Assembly: GCA_043228905.1 (NCBI GenBank)
Contig: JBHGNT010000009.1
Span: forward strand, 16,678,001-16,742,000
Reading direction: 5' to 3'
DNA: 64,000 bases
DNA from: Azolla caroliniana
Lineage: Eukaryota > Plantae > Polypodiophyta
The translations under genes were made by a program, and so were the position numbers. The notes under the pieces were generated by a model, which saw nothing but the letters and a program-made list of their open reading frames with translations, did not search any database and was not told the DNA's origin. This document shows, in pieces, positions 12,575-26,170 of this stretch; the first letter of the stretch is position 1; the number at the start of each line of letters is the position of its first letter.

Positions 12575-15500
12575 TGTTAGGAATCGACCGGCCACAACCA
12601 GTTTCACGTTCGTATTCGTGTGCAAAAACCAAGAACTAGTACACAGACATAAGAACGTGAAGACACAGAGACATAGATATTTTACGTGGAAACCCCCCCA
12701 AATGGGAAAAACCACGGGGGTCCACAAACCCGGAGAAAACAGATCACTATAGTAGAGAGGAAGTACAAATACAGAATTCGAAGGCAACGACCTCGAGTTC
12801 TCCTTCGTTTGACAAACAACTACAGAGTTACACTCTCACTATCTCACTCATGATTACAGAGGCGATTGCCTCATTCTAACTTTACAATAATGATCAACTA
12901 ATTACATACTAAAGTTTGCCCTAGTTGCTTATAAACAAAAGCAACTTTCTGGCTATTTACAAGTATAGCCCCCCAAGAGGCATTTTAAACTATTTCCAAT
13001 TATAGTCTTCCGAAACGATTTCGGTTTCGGCCTCGGCCGAGATACTCACCAACACGGCACTTCTCTTTCCATCCGTAGGGACATGTTTCCCAACAAACTC
13101 CCCCTTTACTCCGGCATGGGGTACTTCACCAAACCGACTCTTTGTCGGCATGCGTTTAGATTTTCGGTTGACAACACCTTCGTTAGCATATACGATCGAT
13201 TTTCAGCCGTGTGGATCTTCACTAGAGAAAACTCCTTTTCTTCTACTCTCTCTTGGAGCCAATGATATCTTCTCTGGATGTGTTTGGTCCTCGAGTGGTA
13301 AGCGATAGGTGGATGACACTTTGGTTATCACAATGGAGTGGGAATTCCTCCTATCGAATTCCCAGCTCATCGATAAACTCCTTCATCCATATGATTTCCT
13401 TGCCGGCTTTCGTTGCGACCATATATTCGGCTTCCATGGTCAATAGCACCACGGCCTTCTGCAACCTCGATTGCCACGAAACAGCTCCCCCTACATAAGT
13501 CAATATGTACCCAGATGTGGATCGACTGGTATCCACATCAGCCGACATGTTCGAGTCTGTATAACCTTCCAATGTGGGGTTACCCGAACCGAAATGAAGA
13601 CACACGTTCGAGGTGCCTTTTAGGTACCGAAGTATCCACTTCACGGCAGCCCAATGCCCTCTTCTAGGGTTGCTCATATATCGGCTAACCATTCTCCAGT
13701 TTGCTAAGTGTTCTACTATTGCAACTTGATGTTTGGTTTTTAGAGGAACATGGACAAGGTGGCATGTGGGAAACATATATGCAAGAAAGGAAAGTAGCCG
13801 ATTGCGTATCCAATGTCCAACATGGTACATACCATCGTGTACATCAGGCTTCCAACTGTTGGTGCATAAGGAACTTTTGAAATCTCGGCCTTTTCGGTTT
13901 TCGATTTTGGACATTGTTCTTTGCTTAGCTTGCAGTTCGTCGGCAGTGTCGAACCGACCGGTTGTGTGCTTTCTATGCCGAATCTCTAGAGCACCTTTGT
14001 CACGTATTTTTCTTGTGACAGCCACAACAATTTCTTTGTTCAATCCTGAACAATGTGCATCCCCAGGATTTGCTTTGCCGAACCCATATCCTTCATCGAG
14101 AACGATCTGCTCAAAGCCTTCTTCCATAGTCGAATCTTCGTATGGTCTCGTCCGACAATCAGCATGTCACGATGCTCGGCATGATGCTAGCCCCGATGCT
14201 CGGCACGGTTCGGATTGACATCATCTTTACGATCGAGGCAAATATTTCGTCGAAATTGACACCCTTCTTCTGTTGAAAGCCTTTCACGACGATTCGTGCT
14301 TTGTACCTTGGTGGATTCCCGCCATCTCCCGGTTTCAACTTGTATACCCATTTCTTCTAAAGTGCCTTCTTTCCTCTTGGTAGTACTATCAGTTCATATG
14401 TGTGGTTCTCATGCAAGGAATCCATCTCCTCTTCCATGGAACTCAACCACTTTTGGCTATGGGTATCTTCCTTAGCTTCTTCAAAGCTTTCCGGCCCCCC
14501 GTCATCAGTTAGCAGTACACGCTCTTCATCCCGAAATCTTCGGGGGGGCCTCCTTTCTCTTAGGGGGTATCTTCGAGCTCCATTTGGCATGGTCGGTTCT
14601 TCTTCGACTTCTTCGGCCGAGTCGAATTCGGTTCCTTGTTCGATCCTTACCCCTCATTCTTCAGTCAGTTCTCGATTTTGCCGAGTATTAAATTGACCAA
14701 CTAGCTCGGATTCAATCTCGATCGAATCGGCTTCTACTCGATTCGGCCGAGCATGGACTCGGTTCGATTCAGTAGTTGGAGACTTATTCTCAATCTCCTA
14801 GTCGACTATTGTCTTTTCCTCCATGAAGACAATGTCATAGCTCCTAATCAATTTCTTCTCGGCTAAGTCCCATAGCCGATAGACAAATTCATCATTGCCA
14901 TAGTCGAGAAATATACCTGGCCGAGATTTTGGGTCTAGTTTTCCCCTTTGGTCTTTTGCCACATGCACATAGGCAAGACAACCGAACACCCTCAGAGGTC
15001 GGTATGACACGTCTTTGCCGCTCCACATCCTTTGTGGGATATCACCATCCAAGGGTACTGAGGGTGATCGGTTTATCACGTACATTGCCATCATCAACGC
15101 CTCAACCCAGAACATCTTCGGTAACTTAACATGTGCAAGCATACTTCAGACCCTTTCCATTACGGTCTAGTTCATTCTCTCGGCTAGCCCAATTAGCTAT
15201 GGCGTCTTCGGCACAGTATACTCGAGCCGGATTCCTTGATTTTGACAGTATTCCTCAAACGGTCCACGGTACTCACCACCATTGTTTGCTCGAACTGCCT
15301 TCAGTTTTCGGTCAGTTTCTCTCTCGGCCCTCACTTGGAACTCTTTGAAGACGGATAACACTTGATCCTTCGTCTTCAGCACGGAGGCCCACAACTTCCG
15401 ACTACAGTCATCAATGAAAGTCACGAAATACTATGAACCACCATGCGACTTTGTGTCCACATAGCATACGTTTGTATGTACGAGTTCCAATGACATTTTC

Positions 15501-16990
15501 TTCCTCATCGGGGGCCTCGTTCGGAAGGATGTTCGATTCTGTTTACCGGCCAAGCCGTCAGTGCACTTCTCAAGTTGCACGTTCTTCACCTCCGGAATGA
15601 GGTGAAGAACGTGCAAGATTTCGCATCCCCGTCTGGCTCATATGGCACAACCTCCTGTGCCACAGTTCACCAACCGTGTCGGCTGCCACATTTGCTTCCC
15701 CTCGGCATATTCGAGCATTCATTATGTACAATGTGTTGGTTTTCCGGGCTCGAGCCACGATCAGATTTCCCTTGGGGACTTCGATTCTGGGGACTTTGAT
15801 TTCAGCTTCTTCCCTGAATCATGTCACCTTCCGTGACTAAGGCCTTCTGGTTGGTATTGGACTCTCGATACTTCCGGTGATTTTCTTCGTTTAGCAAGCT
15901 CGACTTCACCTGCTCTTGGGATAGGTGTTTCCCTTCCGATCCCGCGTTGCCCAACGTGACAACCAGCGTTTCCCAACAGTTCGGAAGGGATCCCAGCAAC
16001 AACAATGCTAATACCTCGTCGGCCAAAGGTACTTCTAGAGAGGTGTTTGTTTTGGTTCATCAATCCTTGGAAGTCATTGATGTGCTCCGCCATACTGGAG
16101 CCATCTTGATACCGGAGCCTCACGATTTTTTGAAATACTAAGACTCGGTTCACGACGTTCTTGTTTTCGAACATGACACCGATCTTCTTCCACAGGACGT
16201 CTGCTTTTGTTTCTTCGCCGAAGTTGTTGTATAGACTCATGTCTATAAAACACCTTATATATGTGGGCGCCTTCAGATGCAACACTTCCCAAGTCGTTGC
16301 ATCGATCTTGTCTGGTTTATTATCTCCGAACTACACCGACAACCAGAGGTCTTTGCACACGAGCATGTCTCTCATCTTCGACTTCCACACTGAGTAGTTG
16401 GAGCCGGTTAGCTTAAACATGCCGCTGAATGAATTTTCCATCGCTCTGATACCACTTTGTTAGGAATCAACCGGCCACAACCGGTTTCACGTTCGTATTC
16501 GTGTGCAAAAAACCAGGAACTAGTACACAGACAAAAGAACGTGAAGACAGAGACACAGATATTTTATATGGAAAACCCGAAATGGGAAAAACCACGGGGG
16601 TCCACAAACCCCAAGAAAACATATCACTATAGTAGAGAGGAAGTACAAATACGGAACTCGGAGGCAACGACCTCGAGTTCTCCTTCGTCTAACAAACGGC
16701 TATATAGTTACACTCTCACTCTCTCACTCACGGTTACAGAGGCAACTACCTCGTTCTAACTTTACAATAATGATCAACTTACTACATACTAAAGTTTGCC
16801 TTAGTTGCTTATAAACAAAAGCAACTTTCTGGCTATAGCCCCTCAAGAGGCATTTTAAACTATTTCCAATTATAGTCTTCCGAAACGATTTCAGTTTTCG
16901 ATTTTGATTTTGCTTTCGGTTTCGGCCTCGGCCGAGATACTCACCAACATGACACATCTCTTCCCATCCGGAGGGACATGTTTCCCAACA
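12575..16990 (-). mobile_element. Tork/Tnt1-like copia element, internally deleted and decayed
   Basis: LTRs 12575-13095 and 16458-16990; PBS (reverse complement GCTCTGATACCA) at 16443-16454; PPT next to 13096; flanks CACAT/TGCAT; gag, IN, partial RT and RH fragments. Confidence 0.92.
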
Positions 16991-19900
16991 TGCATGTCCC
17001 CATGTTGAATGATTTGAGAAGAATTGGCCACACAATTACTTGGATTTGTTTAATCAAAGATTCAACCAAATACCTTTTTGAGTGTGAACATGAGGAATTG
17101 AAACTTCAAAATTAATACCGATAGATTCGCAATAGCAAATAAAGGTTGTTGATGTAAACTCGACAGTGTCATCCATCTGAATCGACTTGATTGGAAAATT
17201 TGGGAATTGAGCACGCAACTTGATGATAAGGATGAGGAGTTGAGGCAACAACATGTTGCGAGTAGAAAGAGGTGTGACATGAGAAAAATGCGATGAAGCA
17301 TCTTTGACTCCCATGAAGTAATAAAATGGTTCAAATGGAGTGTGCACTGGTCCATGGATATCACCATGTATATGCTCTAAACTTTTTGGTGATTCATATG
17401 GTTCCTTGTACAAGGAAGGATGAATCCACCAGCTTTCCTTGTGCGCATGGTTTACAAAAACGAGTTTTAAATCGATTCAAGTATTCCAACTTTAAAGGTA
17501 GATCTTGAACATTATTGATCATTCTCCTAATCATTGTATTGCCTGGATGACATAGTCGATCATGCTAGAGATCCATTATATCGGTATTGACCTTCGAGGA
17601 AATATTGGAGTAGTGGGCAAATGAAGCCAAGTAGATCTTTGGGGCTTTAAGGTTGAAACAATACAATTGATTTAGTAAGACTTCTAACTCATCAATAACT
17701 TGGGTAGTATTTGTCGAAACTAGGCGAAACACGGTTATGCAGCACTTGTCAAATACTACGAAAGAAAAAAACTAAAACAAAAGAGAACATAGCGACGATT
17801 AAAAGGACTCGATGCATGCACAATCTTCTAGAGCAAGAACAAGCGGCACCACGATGGCTCACAGACCAATGAACCCTAGGGCACAAAAAGAAGAAAATAG
17901 AAGGTTTTCTGCACATTACAGAAAACAACCTTCAACCTGTACCTCTTCTCACTCTCATCGCTCTTCCCACTCCCCTCACTCTACTCAATCTCCACGCTCT
18001 CATCGCTCTTCCTACTCCCCTCGCTCTTCCTCTGATCACAAAGATCGAGCCTTCCAGAATCCACATACATCGTCCAACCCCCACGAACCCTGTTCTTGTT
18101 CCAATATGGCCATACTGCATAACCGTGTTTCGCCCAGTTCTAGCAATTGTTGTAGCCACATTTGTTCGGATTTGTTCTCTGGCAGCCGGTCTCGTACTTG
18201 AATCCACAAACTGGGTACCTGAAATTCAATTGGCATTACGGCCTCTAGCCCAAATGCTAGCCTGAAAGGCGTGGATTCTATGCTGGTCTTATAGCTGGTT
18301 CGGTATGCCCATAACGCGTTGTGCAATTTGATATCCCAATCTATTCTATTCTCATTGACTACCTTTTTTAGGATAGTTTGTAATGCTTTGTTCGTGGATT
18401 CGGCCATGCCATTTGCTTGTGGGTAATACGACGTACTCTTTTTGTGGACCACGGCGTAGTGTTGGGTTAGTTCGTTGATGACCGTATTCAGAAAGTGAAT
18501 CCCTTGGTCACTGATGAGCTCAATAGGGCAGCCAAAACGACACCAGATATGTTCGTAAAGAAATTTCGCCGTGACTGCCGCGGTATTTTCGCATAGTGCT
18601 TTCGCTTCTACCCACTTGGTGCAGTAATCCGTAGCCACTAGGATATACTTATTGCTGGTTCGGGCAGCTGCTGGTGTAAAGGGACCCACAAAATCGAGCC
18701 CCCACTTTTGGAAAGGATCCAACGGCAACATCGGTTGATGTGGCATTCTTGCGACTTCCGTGGGCTGGCCCATCCGTTGACATAAATCGCATTGTTTGCA
18801 ATATTCATACGCATCCTTTTGCATAGTCGGCCACCAAAGTCCTGCTTGCCAGATTTTCCGGGCCATAACATCACCTGCGTAATGTCCTCCCGCCATACCA
18901 TAGTGAGCTTCACGTAAAACTGTTGCCTTCTCATCCCGCCATATTCTGCGCCTCTAGATGTCGTCACTACCTTTGTGATATAGAACGTCTTTGACTAAAC
19001 AAAAATTACGACTCCGGACGGCCAACCGTTTTTTCTCACCCGTCCTTAATTGTGGTGGAGGTAACCCCATGGTAAGAAACTAGGTCATTTCCATCCACCA
19101 CCGATCCGGAAAAGTCTTTTCTGTTCTTGTTGCTAAAGTTCCTACTCGCAGAATGTCTGCATCCAGAAAGTCGTTGTCATCCTTTTGCGCCATTTCTCCA
19201 TTATCTAATCTGCTCAAGAAATCCACCACTGCATGTTGCGCACCTGGTCGGTGCTGAATTACAAAGTCGAATTCTTGGAGCAACAACATCCATCTAGCCA
19301 ATTTTCCTGTTAGTGCTTGTTTCTCCACCACATATAGCAATGTCGTATGATCCACGTGAAACGTGAATTTTCACCCTAGCAGATAATGCCAGAATTTATT
19401 GATGTTGTATATCATAGCCAACGCTTCACGTTCCATTGTGGAATAGTTACGCTCATCCGTTGATAGTTTTCGACTGGTGTAGTACACCGGTCGGTACCAA
19501 TTCGGCTTCGTGAGCTGCATCGACACGCTACCTATTGCTATATCCGAGGCATCCACAAAAACGTGAAATGGTTTCGCCCAATCTGGTGGCTGTACGACCG
19601 GTGCCTGCATTAGCATTATTTTTAGCGCATCATACACCTTTTCTTCCATTGTTGTCTATTTGAAAGGAGTACGGTGGACGGCGGCATGCAATGGTGTGGT
19701 GAAATCCACCAAATAGCGTATCATCCGACTATGCCATCGTATTTGTCCCAAAAACCGGCTGAGTGCTTTGGCATTTGTTAGTGTCTTTGCGTGAGTAATC
19801 GCGGAGATTTTGTTTGGATCTACCGCTATCCCCTCCTTACTGACTATGTGGCCAAGGAGGGCTCCATTGGTAACGCCGAAGGCGCATTTGGCAGGATTCA

Positions 19901-21272
19901 GGCTTAAGCGTGAAGTTCAGCAACGCTCCAGGCAAAGCTGTAGATGCGTAAAATGTTCGGCTATTGTCCCATACACCGCAAAATCGTCTAAAAAGACCTG
20001 CATGAAGGCAAGTATATATTCCCCAAAAATCTCCGTGATTGTTCGTTGAAATGTAGTCGGCACCATCTTTAGCCCGAACATCATGATGACCGCGAGATAA
20101 ACTCCCCAGTCCGTGAAAAATGCCGTTTTCTCTTGGTCGTCGGGGTGCATGCGTACTTGATTGTACCCACTAAATCCATCTAGAAAACTATACATGTCAT
20201 GCCCTGCGACTGCATCTAATACGCTGTCGGTGAAAGGTAAAGGGAACGCATCTGTAATGGTTACGGCATTCAATTTCCGGTAGTCCACGCACACACGTAT
20301 TTTTCCATTTTTCTTTGGTACGACTAACGACTACTATCGGGCTTAGCCATGTAGCTTGCTTGACTGGTCGAATGAATCCGTACTTGAGAAGTTTGTCAAT
20401 TTCCTCTTTTACGCGAGCCGCGTAATTCGGATTCATGCGGTATCAACGTTGCTGGACTAGTTTCACATTGGTTGCTAAATTGATCTTATGTTGATAGAAC
20501 TTCAGATCTAATCCCTTCATGTCCTCGTGGGACCAAGTGAACACATCTTTATACTTCTTGAGCAGTGCTATCATCGCCTCTCTGTGATCCGGTAGTAACT
20601 CTTTTGCGATGGAGAGGAGTCGTGGGTCTGATGTCGTGCCTACGTTAACTTCTTCTAGGGTTCAGGTAGCGACTCGTCGTGAAATTTCCATTTCCTTCTC
20701 GAACATTGCCCGTGCTCTGCTTAATTCCATGATCGACTCTAGGTCTAGTTGATAAGCCTCTTCGTGAAGTAAAGTAGGCGTAGTATACTCCGCCGCGGTT
20801 TCTATTACGTCAATTTCGAATAATGGAATGATTCGTGGGTGCTCGTCCAGGTATGCTTCCAACTCTGTATCCTCCACCCCATCCAGCATATTTATATCTT
20901 CCGCATATAATGGTGTTATGGGTGAAAGCATGCGAGTGGAAACAATTAGCTATGTCCTTGACATAGCTAATTAGCTATGCAAAAAGCTACCATTGATAAA
21001 TAGTCATTTTAGTAAAAAGCCATCATTAATAAATTAAGTATGCAAAAAACTACCATTGAAAATACTAGAGTGTTTTAATTACATATGTAAATGAGTGCCA
21101 TAAATGTGCAACATAAATTGATGTGTGCACCATAAATGTGTACCATAAATTATATATCGAATTCCTAGGTCCATTATGCATGATCCTTTGCCACATCACG
21201 TAGGCCATCTCTAGTTGAGTACTGTGGGTTAGTTGCTACCACTGTTGCTAAACCCTATCGAGTCCACCTGCC

Positions 21273-21960
21273 GCCACTCTACACTGAGGGGCCGCTACTA
21301 TGCGTTCCAAGCATCATCAAAGAGCTGCTCAATCTGACGGGGTTCTCTTCTCTGTGACACTCTACACTCAGGGGCCACTACTGTGCATTCCAAGCATCAT
21401 CAAAGAGCTGTTCAATCTGACGGGGTTCTCTTCTCTGTGCCACTCTACACTCAGGGGCCATTACTGTGCGTTCCAAGCATCATCAAAGAGCTGTTCAATC
21501 TGAGGGGGTTCTCTTCTCTGTGCCACTCTACACTCAGGGGCCATTACTGTGCGTTCCAAGCATCATCAAAGAGCTGTTCAATCTGAGGGGGTTCTCTTCT
21601 CTGTGCCACTCTACACTCAGGGGCCGCTGTTGTGCGTTCCAAGCATCATCAAAGAGCTGTTCAATCTGACGGGGTTCTCTTCTCTTTGCCACTCTACACT
21701 CAGGGGTTGCTACTGTGCGTTCCAAGCATAATCAAAGAGCTATTCAATCTGACGGGGTTCTCTTCTCTTTTCCACTCTCACTCAGGGGCCGCTACTGTGC
21801 GTTTCAAGCATCATTGGTAACTGTTCAATCTGACGGGGTTCTCTTCTCTATGCCACTCTATTCTCAAGTGCCTTCTATGTGCGTTTCAAGCATCATCGGT
21901 AACTGTTCAATCTGACGGGGTTCTCTCCTCCATTGCCATCATTCTATACTCAGTTGCCAC
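21273..21960. repeat. 83-bp tandem repeat, about 8 copies, degenerating to the right, upstream of the transposase
   Basis: Unit GCCACTCTACACTCAGGGG...GGGGTTCTCTTCTCTGT at 21273, 21356, 21439, 21522, 21605, 21688 and beyond. Confidence 0.95.
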
Positions 21961-22261
21961 TACTGTCCAGTCCCGGATTGCTTCCACATTTCGATTTGAC
22001 AGAGTTCACTCATCCAACGGCAACATTCTACACTCAGTTGTTGCCATTGGTCGGTCTTGGATCGCCTCCTCAACTGTTGGATCCAACAGAGTGAAATCCT
22101 CTACTGTTCGGTCTTGGATTGCAATAACTTTTCTGTCTATTGATTATCTTGTGTATTGTTGTGTCTAATCTTGTGTATTGTGTGGAATATTTTTGTGTAT
22201 TGTTGTTGCCCATAGCCATCTTTAATACTTGTTTTTTTTTCTGGAAATTTAGGGTTTTAAC

Positions 22262-25200
22262 ATGTCTAGCCAAATGGAAGGGGAAGAAGGGTGTTTAGAA
22301 TTACCCCTCAATGATCATAAGGATAGGGATGATGTTATCAGGACACAACAAGCCATACGAAACTATTGGGCAGAAAAAAAAAGGAAACATCGTCAATTGT
22401 TGAAGGATACGAAAGCCACACTCAGTAAAGGTAAGGATAGTTTAGCTGAGAATGTAAGTAATGCGACTACCATCATAGAGAGAAAGGTTGTAGACTATTT
22501 CAATGTTCAAACCAAGCACATCAGCAATGAAGAAAAGAAGGTAGTACTTTATGGAATATGTAATGATCCATCGATAAAGGACTTAGTTGATTGTGATGGT
22601 CTTAATGCAAACATATCATCTATTTTAGTAAATAATCTTCGTAATAGTTTCGTATCCATGAGCAGGTCAGAAGATGATCTTGTCTTAAAAAGGTCTAGTC
22701 TAATGATGTTACTTAATAGTGATGTTGACGATATAAACATCAATGAGCTATCTAAGGTAATTGGTGTTAGTAGAAAAACAGTGTACAATACAATGAACCG
22801 TATAATTTCCTCGGGTGAAGGAACTAGTCTACTAAAGCTAACTACAAGATGTAAGCCAATGACACCCATAACATTTGAAATCAAGGATGTAATCACAATG
22901 TTTTGGACTAATGAGAGTAGGGTTTCACCCAATAAAAAGGATTTATGCAGGAAACGTGTTGGAAGAAATCAATACGAGGAGCATCCCATTCATCTTCTTG
23001 ATGTACCTCAGGTATTTACATTTATCTCAACATTTGTTTTGACTCTACTCGGAAAGTTAATTAGCTCAGTTAGCAGAAAAGCTAATTAGCTTATCAGTTA
23101 CATTTACCTCAGTTAGCTACTAGGATCGCTACTACATAGGTAACTAGCTACTCTCAATAGTTACTACCATGATAGCTAATTAGCTATTCTCAATAGCTAA
23201 TTTAGGTACTACCAGATAATTAGCTATACTGCTAGCTAGTGAAGATATCATGGTAGCTAGTTAGCTATTTCGTTATTACCAGCTAATTAGCTACTAGGAA
23301 AGCTAATTAGCTACCATGATAGCTAATTAGCTACTATGATAGCTACTACATAGGTAACTGGCTACTCTCAATAGCTACTACCATGATAGCTAATTAGTTA
23401 GGATAGCTAATTAGCCACCATTATAGCTAATTAGCCACCGTGATAGCTAATTAGCTACTATACCAGCTAATTAGCTACCATGATAGCTAATTAGTTACTA
23501 GGAAAGCTAATCAGCCACCATTATAGCTAATTAGCTACTAGACCAGCTAATTAGCTACCACGATAGCTAATTAGCTACTAGACCAGCTAATTAGCTACCA
23601 TGATAGCTAATTAGTTACTAGGAAAGCTAATTAGCCACCATGATAGCTAATTAGCTACTAGACAAGCTAATTAGCTACCATGATAGCTAATTAGTTACTA
23701 GGAAAGCTAATTAGCCACCATGATAGCTAATTAGCTACTAGAGCAGCTAATTAGCTACTAGGACAACTAATTAGCTACTAGGACAGCTAATTAGCTACCA
23801 TGATAGCTAATTAGCTACTACGACAGCTAATTAGCTACCATGATAGCTAATTAGCTACTAGAATAGCTAATTAGCTACTAGAATAGCTAATTAGCTACCA
23901 TGATAGCTAATTAGCTACTACGACAGCTAATTAGCTACCATGATAGCTAATTAGCTACTAGGACAACCAATTAGCTACTACGACAGCTAATTAGCTACCA
24001 TGATAGCTAATTAGCTACTACGACAGCTAATTAGCTACCATGATAGCTAATTAGCTACTAGAATAGCTAATTAGCTACCATGATAGCTAATTAGCTACTA
24101 CGACAGCTAATTAACTACCATGATAGCTAATTAGCTACTAGGACAACTAATTAGCTACTAGGACAGCTAATTAGCTACCATGATAGCTAATTAGCTACTA
24201 GAATAGCTAACTAGCTACTAGAATAGCTAACTAGCTACTAGAATAGCTAACTAGCTACTAGAATAGCTAATTAGCTACTAGGATAGTTAGCTAGTTACGA
24301 GAATAACTAATTCCCCTTTATTACGCAGGTCGATTTATTTATTAGGTTCAAACGAATGCATCCAACTATCAAAGTTCAACTACGAACATTCGAGTCTCTT
24401 AAGCCACACTTTGTGAGACGCTTAAAGGATCGATACACATGTTGTTGCATTTACCATGTACAGATGGGTTTTCTGAAGGACTCTGTTAATCTACTACGTC
24501 ACCATAGCGCATCCCTAACTAATACAGTTTGCACATGTGGGTGCCCAATCTGTCGATCAAGCCCGCAAGAGGAGTGTAAATCATCTGAGCACGTTATCTC
24601 TTCCATGAGTTATTTATTAGATTCAATATTGTGTCCGAGAGAATCTGACGCTATCTTCCATATTCATAAATGTGTCATGGGTTTATGTCAAGATTGTGGC
24701 CCTACTAGATTTAGGTGGTGTCCAAATGAATTGAGTAGTGAAATATTGATCTCTGTGAAGTTATTTGAGTCAGTGAACACCAATTTCGAAGGAAAGGTGT
24801 GTAAAAGAAAGGATCTAGTTCGGAAGATGCTTAAACCAAGGGATTTGGTGTCTCTGTTTGTAGTATCTCTAGGAAAGTTCATTAAACACAACTTCATTTA
24901 TTCATGGCAGGCCCATCAGTTTAAGACTTGCATATCTGATTTCCCAAATGATGTAGTAGTCTCAGTAGTAGATTTCGCAGAGAATTATACTTTCAAGCAG
25001 CAGAATGAAATTCAATCTATGCATTGGTGTTCAGTTCAGGTAACCATTTTTGTGCACATAACATATTTTCGAGTTTCAGGTGATGTTAAAAAAGTAATTC
25101 ATTTCTTTATTTCCGATGATAAGAAGCATGATACCTTGTTCGTCCAACACTGTTTTAAGTTACATTGGTAGTGGTTATTAGCTCAACGTTTGGAGCTTAC

Positions 25201-26170
25201 TCAACATTGGGTCTGGTCTGACGGAGCTGCGTCACAATTCAAGGCTCGACGTCCATTTTATTTTGTGGGGAGGTATCCTGCTATAACAGGTTTGGAGATG
25301 AGATGGAATTTTTTTGGGTCTGGCCATGGTAAAGGTGAACATGATGGTGCAGGGGCTGTTATAAAGCGGGCACTTACCCATGAACAACTAAAGACAGATG
25401 GTGTGCACATGAATTGTGCATCACATGTAGTTGAATTTTTAAGAACAAATATGTCGACGAGTGCCACAGGTGTTTATTCCTCGCAAGTTCGAGATATCAA
25501 ACGTGAATTTTGGGAAGTGAAGATAGATGAAGTAAATAGGGAGAAGACCTGGGAGTGCCAAGGAATTCCCGAATTGCGATCTCTGCATGCTGTTCGCGGT
25601 TATTCCAGGTTGGATGGTCATTGTATTGCGGTTAGAGAATTGACTTGTTTTTGCTTCCATTGTGTGCAGGGAAATTGGAGATATTGTCTAAACAAAGCAT
25701 ACATTCAGAATTGGGAGTATCACACTCTGAATGATAAGGAAGCAGTTGATGGAGAAACAGGGCAGAATGTTGACTTCACATATGAGGGACTTGGAGATAC
25801 TTTGAGTGATGTCCTGAACGTTGGGGATAACTTCGCTGTAAATGCTGAAGAAGGCAATTCAGAGGGTGCTGATTTCTATATATTAAAGTGCACGGTTAGT
25901 AAACAGTGTGCAAGGCAGAATATTGTAGATGCATGGGGAAATTTTGTATCTGCCGGGACATTCTACATCGAAGGCATTTTTTATGCAAAACTAGATGACT
26001 ACGAATATGTGTACAGGCTGTTAGAAGACAAACCAGCGGCGTATATGTACTCTCATTTGGTCAGATGCATCAACGTCCCAATGTCAGAATACAATAGCTG
26101 CTCCGATTTATACACTGTTGGTGCTAATGTGTATGAATGTATTTACAATAGTATGCCATGGAATTTGTAG
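22262..26170 (+). CDS. Sola2-like DDD transposase, 2 exons (22262-23011, 24329-26170), about 863 aa, with one in-frame TAG at 25169
   Basis: GT at 23012 and AG at 24328 join in phase 0 (LLDVPQ|VDLFIRFK); HTH NINELSKVIGVSRKTVY; Cys-rich blocks; motifs DFAENY..QNEIQSMHW, SDDKKHD, WSDGAASQFK, FFGSGHGKGEHDG. Confidence 0.85.
23012..24328. repeat. Transposase intron composed of TAGCTAATTAGCTA palindrome satellite (~21-bp units)
   Basis: Dozens of tandem TAGCTAATTAGCTA(C) copies with short variable linkers. Confidence 0.95.

Noticed and set aside
13351-14127. 258-aa ORF as a captured novel gene
   Set aside because: Mostly an off-frame reading of copia RT plus a short filler
17812-18201. Ser/His/Arg-rich antisense ORF in the gypsy 3' region
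   Set aside because: Low complexity and partly antisense to a truncated integrase; no evidence of function
21300-21915. Repeated short ORFs (MRSKHHQRA...)
   Set aside because: By-products of the 83-bp repeat, which shifts frame in each unit
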